Shown here in pieces: positions 9,109 to 20,000 of a stretch of 20,000 bases of DNA (positions are counted from its first letter, which is position 1; the number at the start of each line of letters is the position of its first letter). The DNA is from Catajapyx aquilonaris (Eukaryota). The stretch spans positions 50,315 to 70,314 of the forward strand of contig KZ538437.1 of NCBI GenBank assembly GCA_000934665.2. The letters are read 5' to 3'. The translations under genes were made by a program, and so were the position numbers. The notes under the pieces were generated by a model that worked only from the letters and a program-made list of their open reading frames with translations, was not told the origin of the DNA and ran no database searches.

Positions 9109-11968
9109 ATATCACCGCGTTCGTAGGATCGTTCTTCCAAAACATATTGATCAAATAATTAAAGTAAGAAAATTAGCACATATTTAGTCAACAGAAGGCA
9201 GATTCCATATTTTTTCTGTCAAAAAATGTAAATTTAACTATTAAAAATTTATTTTAATTTTAAAAGGGTGCGAACTCGACAAAATAAAAGCAGTCGGTGC
9301 AAACACCCAGCCGAAAAATATATCTTCTAATTATGCACGAGTGTACCGAGCGTTGTTGGAAATGCATAAACTTTTTTTAGCAATTGTAATTAGCCTAATT
9401 AACAGTTTATGAAGTCGCGGTGCGTATCTCCGGAAAATTGAAACTGCGGTGCTCTAATTAAAAAATGCATCACCACGGAGGTGGACAAGGGAAGCTTGTG
9501 TTATTGCACATACACTCATTAGTTTGATTTATTGTAACCATATTTGCATGCATTACCTACAAAAAAATTAGATGAGACCAAAACGTTTTTTTTTCTGTCG
9601 CTTGATCCGCCATGTACGAATAATTACGCTTAACAAACTCCGTGTCTCATGACAACAGTTCATATTCACTACCGGACGAGTAATTCCTTTCGACTGACTG
9701 GCCGTACCAGGTTTGGTAATTTTCCGAACCATTACTCGAAGCGATGACACTTTGACGGACGTGAATAATTTGCGTATGAAACCCGCAAATGTAGGGCGTT
9801 CCCAAAAATAGCCAATTTTTTTTATTAGCCGATGCTGCTTTTGGCACGAAATTCAACATTTTTCACGCCCCGATTGACTGAAGCTCAGTTAAAAAAAAAA
9901 TCAAAATGTTGCTCTCACTTCGCCAAAGTAAATTTTGAAAAAATTTTAGCATGGCGTTTCCCACACTACTCGTTCCAGAAATTCCGTTTCATCTCCATCA
10001 AACGTATCGCAATTTTGGCGTGGATATCAAATAAAGTAAACGCGATTATGGATTCTTTTTTATGCAATTTTCGTCACTAATTAAATGCTGGGAAGTAAAC
10101 AGATGTGGGAGCATACTCATATGAAAATCTCGCTTCGGGGGCTGCTAATGGTTCTCCATCAAACATTGAGCTCATACAGTGCAATAAAAAAATCTCTCAT
10201 TGACACAGCCTGGTGCACTACATACGAGTTAATATTCATAGTTTCAACCAGCCATGGAAGCATCCAATAATAGATCAATAGCTGATCTGATATTCTTCAT
10301 AATCTGATATTTAATGTTTTGTACCGGTTTGCCTTTAGAAGCAAGTTATAATATTTTATTTGTTATGTATTAATTGTGTATTTATGATTATTTAGTTGGT
10401 GAATTAATTTATTATTTCAGTCAAAAACTTGAATGCATTCCTATTTCAATAGATCAGCATATCTGACTGAATGTAATTTAATTGACACATCAAATTGTCC
10501 ACATTCTAGTTAAAAATATTTCATAGAAATTGCGACAGTGATTGCTGAATTAATAGAGATTATTTTGTCCAGAGCAACGTACTTGTATAATAAGAGAATA
10601 TTAAAGAGGTGCAGGAAATTAGAAATGTACGATCTATTCGAGGGTATGATTTTATAGGGTAATCCAATTTGAGAAAAATGACTTTGAGCCATTGAAGCTA
10701 TGAGTTATTGGCACCATGATTTTCATCTGGAGTAAATTTCCAAGACGCTTTTAAATAGACTGAAGCGCTTCTTTGAATGCTTCACTACACTTTCATTAAA
10801 CCCATAACACTTCGATCTGAAGTTCAATAATGACTTAGCATGGAGAAAGTGAACTTTGACCGTAATAAATCATCTTCTCTCCAGGACCGCCTGATGTAAT
10901 CGCATCGTATTTAATCGCATTTAGGGAAGGCAAGTTTTAATCACTAAAAAAACAAAGTTGAAAATCAGCTTAAAGGGGAAGGAAAAACATGGGTAACTTG
11001 GAAGCCATAATCGCTCCTGTAATGGACTTCCGTTCAGGTCAAGAGGTAATTTCTCAACGGGGCACATCAGTTCTGGGGGTAAAATGTGAAGCACTTGCTC
11101 GTAATTGCTGAATCATTAAGGGAGGTTATTTTGTCAAGTATCGACTGATGGAGGGGGAAGTGCTCTTTGCTAAATTTTAGCTTTTTCATAATTATTCATA
11201 TGGAATTTTGTTAATTACGACGTACTTAAAAATAATCAACCATTAAACTGAAGAGTATCGCATAATGGGCCTGGTTTCAAGCAAGTCGACTGAAAAATCA
11301 AGAAGCAACATTGTTGCCTATTTTCGTTTACCTTGTTAGTTTAATATGAGCAAGTGCAATGTGTTAATCTACGCTTTACTAATCACTGCACAATTATCGG
11401 ATATTTGATAAGAGGTGGTTACGGTGGAGTGAACAGACACATTGCTGCTTCTAAGGATAATAATATTATTGGCATTAGCTTTAACACCTTCCTAAACGTA
11501 CTTCAGGCATAATTAAGTTTATTTAAATAGGATGTACTTGGTGGTATTATGGCGCTCAAAAATTTATTGGAACTGAACTGACAAAGCAGAAGTTTAACGG
11601 TGTGCGTAAAATTAGAATTAGTTAATTCAGTGCTTATAATAATCGGATTCTATGAGTAAACATGTAGCACTTGAGAAATAATTGTCAAAAAAGTAGTAAA
11701 ATTAACTGATGTGTCCCTATTTTTGGCCCATACTCTGATATATTTTTCGCTGGCTGGATACGTAATTATTAGCTTACATGCAGATCTTGCTGAATTATTA
11801 TTATCATCTCTGCACATTTTCCACCTCCTGAGGCCTGGCTCTAATTCCGTTCCTTTACATACAATTTTCTAGCAGCAAAAATCGCTCCGGAGTGAGAGAT
11901 ACGGTTTCCTTTTCCGAGTTGCATTTGTCTTGCCAGCTTCCTTCCTTTCAACTAGAGCTTCCTGATAC

Positions 11969-12082
11969 TGCCACCGAGCTAGAGAGAGAAATATCTATGA
12001 ATCCTGCCTGAAAAATATTTCCCTCTCTCTAGCTCCAGGCAACAACTTTTGTGACTTTTAATTAGACGGTCTATTAAAAGTC
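11969..12082. other. Two adjacent hairpins (73 nt and 30 nt)
   Basis: GAGCTAGAGAGAG/CTCTCTCTAGCTC forms a perfect 13-bp stem extended by AAATAT/ATATTT and TGCC/GGCA (11969-12041). GACTTTTAATTAGAC-G-GTCTATTAAAAGTC lies at 12053-12082. Confidence 0.7.
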
Positions 12083-14303
12083 CTTTTGTTAACGGTCCTA
12101 GCGTGAAAAACAACAGGTTTATCGCTCGTGAAATCCCGAGTTTCTGCAATTACCTTTATGGAAAACGATAATTACGCCAAATGCGTCGAGCGTCGCCACA
12201 TCTGACGGTCCGCTGTGGGACTTTAATTTTCTCTGAAAGTTAAGTAAAAATGTGCTTTTAGATAGCATTCCTTTTCATCTCGGAGGCAGGCGCATCAATC
12301 ATGAGGTTATCGGCATTCACAATATAAACGGGGAGCCATTAGTTGAATTTGCGGAAGTGCAAACACTTCGATCCGCCTCGTCGAACCAGTAGAAGGAAAG
12401 TCGCTTTACCTAATTGGCATTTATGTAATTACAAAACTGCTTGAATGGCGTTTACCTTATCGATAATTCTAGAGCACATTGTAAGGAGCTTGCAAATATT
12501 CACCGATTTCTCTCGGGAGGTGACCTTCATGGTTTGCACTTTTTGGGCAATCCTCGTGGCATGCACCTTGTCACGTCTCCATCGCTTTTCTCCCAAGCCT
12601 CGTTCCATATTCCTGCAGGCACGATTCCACCTTTTCTATTCATTTCTAGAACGGAATTCTAGCAAAGGTCTGTTCCCGACAGGTTGGACAATGCGGACCT
12701 ATGTAGGCACACCTTTGAAAAAATATTATTCATTCGTAAAAATCAAGCGCCCGTACCATTTTCAGACCAATACGCATCCCGATCACGCAGCTAACCGGCT
12801 GTTAAAATCTTATCATGCTTAATCGACACTTCCGATTGGCTCCCGTCCTGCGACTGCGCAAGGAGCTGCGACGCGCGCAGGGTGAGGCAGCGCCTCTGGT
12901 GGATGGCAGGAGGTACTGGTCGGGCGGAAAGCAAACAGCAATAGGCCTAGAAAATCCGTGCGAAACGAGGGTTTGTCTAGGTTATATTAAAATCTACTGG
13001 AAAAGTCAGACAGCTTCAACCTGATGCTATTGTCACATCACAACTGGGCCTGTATAACCTGCAGATGTCACTAAAGATGGCGGAATAAAAGAGCTTGGAT
13101 CTGACATGTCCGTCTGGGTATACAGTATAACCCTCAGAGAAAAAGAGAAGGGGGGTCTCTCTGGCAGATCCAATTTTGATTGAAACCCACCTCCGGGCTG
13201 CTGCTTTCACTGAAAGAGCTTTCGGATAAGGAAGAGAAGGCAATTCTATAGCAAGGAAAATCCGACTCGCTCTTTGCTAAACAAATGTTTGAGGGGTAGG
13301 ATAGCAGGGGTACATGGGGTGGGGTGGTGGGTGTAATGTAAAGCTAACATCTGCGTAGGTGGATGGGGATGGTGATTACAGCTGAGAATAATAAAGTCTG
13401 CTTAATATTACATTTTTTTAAACGAAAGATTTCGTGGGATGAAGCTGGTTCACATAATTTATGGAATGCAGTGAACAATTTTTGTAATTTCTAAAAGTAA
13501 CTGAAATAGGAAACGCACATTGCATATGATAGTTTAATTTTTAAATTTTTTAAAGGGAATTAACAAATGTCAACTGCAGGTTGTGACAGAGTGCATTTGA
13601 ACACATTTTATTTGTCAACACGATTTTTGCTACCAGAATAACAACCACAGTGCACCGCATGGCCGAAATGTTAACTAATGTACGAGCCCCCTAATTTTTA
13701 CCTGCGGGCTGCTTAATTTGCATGTCAGAGTTTGTATACATAAGCATAAAATATTGCTCTTTGCTGCCGGGCATAAACTCTCCATTCCATATGCACACAA
13801 GCTGACCCAATTGGGTAGGAACACTACTCATAGACATATTTCTCATCTATGTTATACAGTATAATAAACAGAAAATGTTCAGGCACGTTTTAGCAACGAC
13901 GCAAAACTGTTTCCCCATCCCTGCATCAAAATTCGGGTATGTGTCCGTCGCTTAGTAAATTCGATAAATCCGGTTCATATCGCATGTGGCTTCCGGCTTG
14001 CATAATGATCCGGCGATAACACACCCACCAACCCCTGTGTGGAGCCCGGAAAAATTGTCCCCATCGCCATCAATCACTCAGGCAGCCGTGTCGAGGTGTT
14101 TGCGACCAGTGTTTCCACTCCGGATGCGCCTCCCTCGAAAAGCTGGTGCCCCCGATGCTTTATTGCACCCACGGGAACCATATTCTGACGGTCACGGGAA
14201 GGTTGGAATGACCTGTGACCGATCCGGAGCTCAATGACATGTGCACCAGGGGAATTTTCCGATCAAAATGTTCAGGAGTGTCCATGTAGTTATATAGTCT
14301 GGT

Positions 14304-14352
14304 CATAGATGGCGCTCTGCACACTCCTGCCATAGATGGCGCTCTGCACACT
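14304..14352 (+). repeat. Perfect 22-bp direct repeat (27-bp period) containing a CTCF-like AGATGGCGCT core
   Basis: CATAGATGGCGCTCTGCACACT at 14304-14325 and 14331-14352. Confidence 0.85.
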
Positions 14353-17164
14353 GCGCCACTTTTAGGTATGCGACGGGTGGTGGTACTATCATCTTGGACA
14401 AACATATTATCTTGTATGAAATTTTCTGCCTGTCCTAATACGAAATTCATTTTCAACTGCTTCCACCTTCTGCATTAAATTTTGCAGTCACCAACTTGTA
14501 TAGCCACAGTTTGGTTTTGGCTTTCTCTTGTACCTCCCTTAGGAGAATCCATTCCCCCTCTAGGAAACACTAATGAACACGTCTCCGTTGATTCTGCGGC
14601 TGTACCAGCTCTGGTGTGACAACATGACAACCTCGGGGTCGGAAGCTCGGCGTACCGCGGACGGACGGACATACGACGAATCGATACCCGGAACCCAGGA
14701 AATTAAAACGTTGAAGGCGGTCTCCATACAGTGTACCATACACGAAAAAAAAGCTCATTACCTCAAACCCTACGGGAAGCGCAATACTCTTCCTGAAGGC
14801 AAAATATATGGTGTAATCCGCCTATTGCAATCGTTTTCAATATACCCTCTGGACATGGGGAAACTTTTTCAGAGAAGGTGCATTATTTGAAGATTATTGA
14901 CGGATGGTTGCGTTTCAAAGTGTGGGCTGGACAAAATCGAATGTTTTTGTATAGCACCCTGGGATTGACTTTTTTAGGTAGAAAAGGACGGCATGAGAGT
15001 TATCGAATCGACCTGTTCGGTAATAGGTGAAGTGTAGGATGTGAAGTTGCTTTTTGAGGGGAAAGTAACTAGTTAGCCTGCAATTAAGGGGGAGGGTTTT
15101 GACCCGTTTTGTGCAGGAAAAGTTTAGTTACGGGTCGTGTTACGAGGACAATTAAAAGTAGGGAAGCACTGTCCGGCTCAAGTTTCTGGTTAAAATGTGC
15201 CCTGTACGTAGTATATATAGGGTATAAAACAATCGATTGCTGTTAGCCTTTCGACAAAGTGTCCGTAAAGGAAGCGACATGTCATTTTTTGTGGCTTCAG
15301 TATCCTCATTTTGGTACTAAACTCACTTTATTAAGCAGTTACATGGCCAGTAAAAATAGTACGGCTATAGTATTAGAATATCTATCTAGGATCTTATTGA
15401 TATAAATATTAGCTTCAAAACATTAGTTTTAAGGTGTTCTCTATAAAATATCTAATAAATGTGCCAAAACTTCCTGGGAGGTCAGACAAAATTTAATAAA
15501 GAATAAAATAATACAAGTAGGTTGCAAATAAAATAACAAAATTAAAATTAAAATACAAATACAGCTACATGAAATTCCAATTACGATTGCAAGTTAAAAT
15601 GCAATGGTCAAAAAATTAAATTATAAACGTGCATAATATAAGAACATGCAAATAAATTATTACATTTTAAATTATTTTTTAAATATCTATAATGAGAGCT
15701 ACATCCTACCATCTATGCACTCCCTAGTTGGATTCCCTGACTTTCTCATTTTGGAAAGGGTTTACAACTCAGATGGTGGTAATACTCGAAGCGCCAACTC
15801 GTTAATTTTCCAGAGAGAGACGCTTCTCTCCAGCATGGACCTGCTTCTGCCAATAGTAAACTCCACCTGCATTTTTAAAACCGGGCATAAAACCTCAGCA
15901 GGCACGCACTATATAGCTGGAGATTGGAAAACCGCACACGACGCCAATTCCAACCTCCTCTCCCAGTAATGATCACCGCTCCAGCTTGTGGTACAGACAG
16001 AGAGGACTATAATAATGTGAAGGGATGTGAGAAACGAAAATATATTTATCTCTAGTCGGTTGATTCTGGATGGCCGCAGTGCAGTGCACCGTGCAAAAGA
16101 CTATAATATGGTCACACCGATGGAATAGTCTCTTCCACTCCAGCACAGAACGTAATTGGGTTTCAGATTATTCGGCTGGGAACCACCAGAGATTGGAATA
16201 ACATTTGTATAACCTAGAAAATGGGGAGCTTCCAATACAGCAGAACTGTTCCAGCTGCATTGAGGTGGAATTTATGGGCCTAAAATTTAACATAAATGTG
16301 ATATGCAGTGTCGGACAGGTTATTCGTATATTTATTAATGAGTGTAGACGTTGTCACCAACAAACAAACTTTGCCTCTTATGTAGATCGAAAAATTTGCA
16401 TATTCAAAATATTGCCATATTTTGACACAACATTTTAGATGATCACCTCTCACCTCGTCCTAACAGGCCTTTTAGCCATTATCTCATGGATAACAAAGGC
16501 CCCACTTGACATCCCTGATACTCATAATCGCCTTTGCAAGTTGAGCCTGTAATATCCGCATGATCAAAAGGAAAATGAGTGTCAATATTATGCAAAAGAC
16601 GTGGGTTGTCTCCTAAGGGTTGTTGGTTCAAGAACAGGGCCTATTGCGACTATAATTTTAGGGGGAGCAAATGGTACGTGCTGGATGCATACTGCTGAGG
16701 GCTAAATCGACTGGTAATGATGTGCATGCTATTTTTTTAATGCACGTATATGGTGGCTTGGAGTCCACGCCTGCGATAAGTGACCAAATTGATCCAATTA
16801 CACTTGAAGGGTTCTTGCTGATCGGATTAGCGTGGAAATCCGGTTGCACATGGCGGCCCCCGTCGGCCCGAAATTGCAGGATGGGATGGAGGGTCATCAT
16901 GTGAATAATGGTGCAAGATAGGAGAGGATCGGCTCGAAATTTTTTGGGAGAGGTTGGGCTTACCAGAGGACTTGAAGGATTTTAATTTCATGCAGAATTT
17001 GTACGGGGGAAATATCAAGGGCCGTTTAAAATCAGGGACGACAAATAGGTCCGAAAAATTAATTGGCCTAATGTCCCCTCTAAAAAGCAGCTTCAAAATA
17101 GATAATTTTGCCACAGTCATGTGCAGAGAACTAAGCATCATGTGCATCAATGTGTTATTGTCAT

Positions 17165-17360
17165 CTACATGAATTTATTAATAATCGGTTTTATTCGTGA
17201 CATTAATTTATTAGTGATTAATTATATCATTTGCATTTAATTAAGATGGACCATAAATGAGCAATGAATTGTTTAATTATAATTGCAGAGCCATTTATGC
17301 GATTGATGTCATGTGACATGTCGCATTTACCTGCATGATCATAATATTATTGTAATTGCG
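17165..17360. promoter_or_regulatory. Candidate developmental enhancer (homeodomain/POU site cluster)
   Basis: Dense TAATTA, TGATTAAT, CCATAAA, TTTATG, the octamer ATTTGCAT (17229) and TGACA/TGTCA within ~200 bp. Motif matches only. Confidence 0.25.
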
Positions 17361-18546
17361 TGTGAGAAAAAAATGATGAAAATTTATGAAAATTCAGACA
17401 TGTACAAGTAAGTGCATGCAGTGCATTACCTGGATTGATAAACTAAACCCGATTAAACCTGTTTATAGGCTGTAATTACAGAGGAATCGCTCCATTGAGC
17501 GACAACTATCATCCGCTTTGAACAAGTTAGTGTTTGTTTAGGCCTACTGAGCACGACATAGGATAGGCATGATACTTTATTAAAACTTATTAGCTCAACT
17601 TAATAAATTAATATACTGTTTGCCCAAAGTGAAATTATTAATCCTCCGTTTCTGTTGACACCTTGGGCCACGGTATATAGTTTGCGTCCTGAGAGAGTGG
17701 GTGGGTGAGTGCTGCCACTGTGCAAAATATTTCTAAGATTACTACAGCTTATACTATCATGAGATAGGCCTATAGCTTTTTCTCCCTTCCGACCTGTTGC
17801 ATGAGCTGCGAATATCCGGATTTAAAAATTTCATGGTTAAAATATTTTAAAAATTAAACGTCCCCAGATGTAGATGATAAATATTATTTTTGTCGTTACA
17901 GTCCCATATCATTCACCAATTCACATTTAATGCTGGTTGAAGCAAGAAGCACTTTAAGAGTAACATTTTAAAGGGCCATGTTTGCTGTACACACATCAAT
18001 GTGAATAATTGGGGAAGTACCGTAAGTCAAGTTCGAAGTGATTGTGGCTCAAGGTTGTATCGACAGTACGTTTGCAGTACAACTTGGTCTTCACTGCATC
18101 CGAAGTATAAGATCATCCTACACTTTTGGTTAACAACTTCTGATGCAATCACTGGTTTCTTTCCAGGAAAATCAATGCCAAGAAGAATTGAAGACCTCGG
18201 GAGAAAAACGATCAAGGTCCACCTGAGGTGAAACTGAGATAATCCAATTTAAAATTTCGAAGTCCCATTGTAAATCCCACTAATTTTTGACAAACAGGCC
18301 TTTTAGCCTGGGGTCTTCAGTTAACTTATTATGAAAGATGTAACATACAATAAATTTTTGTAACAAATAAACTAAATGAAACAAAATATACATGAAATGG
18401 TGTAACCAGCATAGTTTTGTTCATGAATTTATACTGAATATTAATAGTACAAGGATTTCTTCATTAGAGAGTCATTAGCCCGTTTTGCAGCGATGGCGAC
18501 TTTCTTTACGATAAGTACATGTGTGAGAGAGCGCAAGTATAGAGGT

Positions 18547-18612
18547 AGCGCAGTGGTCTAGTGGTTAAGACTCTCTCCTCGTAACCAGAAGGTTGAAGGA
18601 TCGAATCATCAA
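18547..18612 (+). pseudogene. Degenerate tRNA-derived Pol III head 1 (Thr-CGT-like loop)
   Basis: A box TGGTCTAGTGG at 18554-18564, D-stem GTCT/AGAC, loop CTCGTAA, and B-box-like GGATCGAATC at 18598-18607. The acceptor and anticodon stems do not pair. Confidence 0.7.
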
Positions 18613-18746
18613 ATAAAGACGTCGTTTCTTTTTATCGCTGTGGACCTTTCTCGCTGTTACTTCATCTCTCATTTCACATTTATTTCTCTTTGAAGTGCAT
18701 CTGGTAAATAGGCTAGACCCTTCCAACACTCACACTCTCGTTGCAG

Positions 18747-18818
18747 CATAGCGTGGCTGTGTGGTAACGCATCAGTCTCTCAATCGGGAGATGTGGGTTC
18801 AAATCCCGTTCATCTCCA
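18747..18818 (+). pseudogene. Degenerate tRNA-derived Pol III head 2
   Basis: A-box-like TGGCTGTGTGG at 18754-18764 and a consensus B box GGTTCAAATCC at 18796-18806 in the T-arm GTGGG/CCCGT. No full cloverleaf. Confidence 0.7.
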
Positions 18819-18875
18819 CGGTTGAGAGTCAGAAAAAAAAAATTTGCAGCCGACATCTCTGGCCAAGATGGCGAC

Positions 18876-19131
18876 TGTTCCTTCGCAGTTTCCCCAACAC
18901 TTCTTCAGAGGTGTTAGAGGAGCAGCGAAGAGGGGGGGGGGGAGAGGTGGAGAGGGGGAGGACAGGGGGGGAGGGGAGAAATTTTTTTTGGAAATTTTTA
19001 AGANTGTTCCTTCGCAGTTTCCCCAACACTTCTTCAGAGGTGTTAGAGGAGCAGCGAAGAGGGGGGGGGGAGGGGTGGAGAGGGGGAGGACAGGGGGGGA
19101 GGGGAGAAATTTTTTTTGGAAATTTTTAAGA
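18876..19131. repeat. 128/127-bp tandem duplication across a single N, probably an assembly artefact
   Basis: Copies at 18876-19003 and 19005-19131 are separated only by N19004 and differ only in and next to the poly-G run. Confidence 0.85.
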
Positions 19132-19439
19132 CACCTGCTTAATGGGAGGGGGCGGTCACTTTTTTCGAAGAAAAAAGTCTTAAATTTAATCATTCAAAGA
19201 ATTGAAGAATTCAGGTTTGTGTGGGCCATCCCCAGCCCCCACCCTACCACTGCCCAAGTGGGTGCATTTACCTTATACCTGGGAGTTCCATTCTCAAACC
19301 TATCATCCCCCCAAATATTTAAGTCTACAATTTAAACTATAGGTCCAATAAAATCACCATCACATGCAAATGAATCGGCACATTTTTTAGGTCATTTTCA
19401 ATAGTTTGTTGCAGCCTGACCTTTGACCTGAAAGGCCCT

Positions 19440-20000
19440 AATATTAGGTTTTTGGTCTGGGGCCAGGCCCTACCTCGGTCTCCATCTGTCGGGTCTTTCG
19501 TAATGAGACTGTACAGAGCACAGTACATAGATATACAGTATATCTCTCGATGTGAACCAGTATGCCCCTACCCTGTAGCCTACTAGCGAGGCGGGGGTGG
19601 AAAAGGGGGGTATATGTAAGGTCAAAGAGACAATAAGGTGACCAAGCCTCAGCCAAGCCCACACGAAAATTTGCCTATGTAAAACCGCGTCGAACGATCT
19701 GCGCATCTCCACCCACAGCAGAAGCGGGTGGGGATGTATTATTTTATTAATCCATAGAGCAATGTCACGAAGCAGTGATGCCGAATGTCCGTCCTGATGA
19801 CCCCAAGGAGGTGACGATGACCACTCGCCTACGTCACATTCATACTGATACCGGCCAACTGCGTTTGGCTAGGGGCATACTACCTCACGTAGAGAGATAT
19901 ACGGTATATCTATGTACTGTGCTCTGTACAGTCTCATTACGAAAGACCCGACAGATGGAGACCGAGGTAGGGCCTGGCCCCAGACCAAAAACCTAATATT
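19440..20000. mobile_element. Long inverted repeat (foldback/MITE-like), truncated by the window end
   Basis: 19440-19570 versus the reverse complement of 19870-20000 is 125/131 identical, with the outer 97 bp perfect. The spacer is 299 bp. Confidence 0.85.

Larger units (their letters stand above)
18480..19180 (+). mobile_element. Putative composite non-autonomous element (twin tRNA heads, G-tract, terminal hairpin)
   Basis: CpG-richer block containing both tRNA-like heads and GATGGCGACT twice. It ends in the perfect hairpin ACTTTTTTC-GAA-GAAAAAAGT (19158-19178). Boundaries are uncertain and no TSD was seen. Confidence 0.4.

Noticed and set aside
15646..16200. LINE endonuclease-like IAGDW motif (+) and EETI zinc-knuckle-like words (-)
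   Set aside because: These are isolated 4-5 residue resemblances with no other APE or RT motifs. A BLASTX or HMM hit would be needed.
18167..18227. Second candidate exon after TTTCTTTCCAG
   Set aside because: The pyrimidine tract is short and the donor (GTGAAA) is weak.
18547..18818. Functional tRNA genes
   Set aside because: The acceptor and anticodon stems do not pair, so they are treated as tRNA-derived pseudo-heads.
18873..18911. Hammerhead-like core on the minus strand (CTGAAGA-N9-GAAACTG...CAGTC)
   Set aside because: Stem III pairs (ACTG/CAGT), but stem II (AGTGTTGGG) and stem I cannot form. An Infernal hit to a hammerhead model on the family consensus would reopen it.
19765..19815. 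CTGATGA hammerhead-like motif in the inverted-repeat spacer
   Set aside because: There is no correctly placed GAAA or UH, and the helices are not in canonical register.
744..19996. ORF-track peptides as protein-coding genes
   Set aside because: All are 163 aa or shorter, overlap on both strands, often use non-ATG starts, and show no recognisable domain. This is what noncoding DNA is expected to give.
19337..19996. Paralogous ORFs sharing VERYTVYLCTVLC...GPRPKT-like peptides
   Set aside because: The shared peptide is simply a consequence of the DNA inverted repeat.

Overview
This looks like eukaryotic, probably arthropod (TTAGG repeats), intronic or intergenic DNA. I found no credible multi-exon gene, no prokaryotic operon, no rRNA, no intact tRNA and no CRISPR array. 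The ORF track contains only short, overlapping peptides I do not recognise. The supportable structure is mostly non-autonomous transposon debris: (1) a ~185-bp tandem repeat at 130-590; (2) a TTAGG-based duplicated and inverted cassette at 1724-1952; (3) a 40-bp-TIR Tc1/mariner-type MITE nested in the arm of an older foldback element at 5823-6338; (4) a 94-bp related mini-MITE at 6794-6887; (5) a composite element with two tRNA-derived Pol III heads, a G-rich tract and a terminal hairpin at ~18480-19180; (6) a young 131-bp inverted repeat with an exactly concentric central hairpin at 19440-20000. There are also two ~72-nt isolated hairpins, one candidate 147-nt symmetric exon, and a probable assembly artefact around the N at 19004. 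All coordinates and identities were counted by hand.
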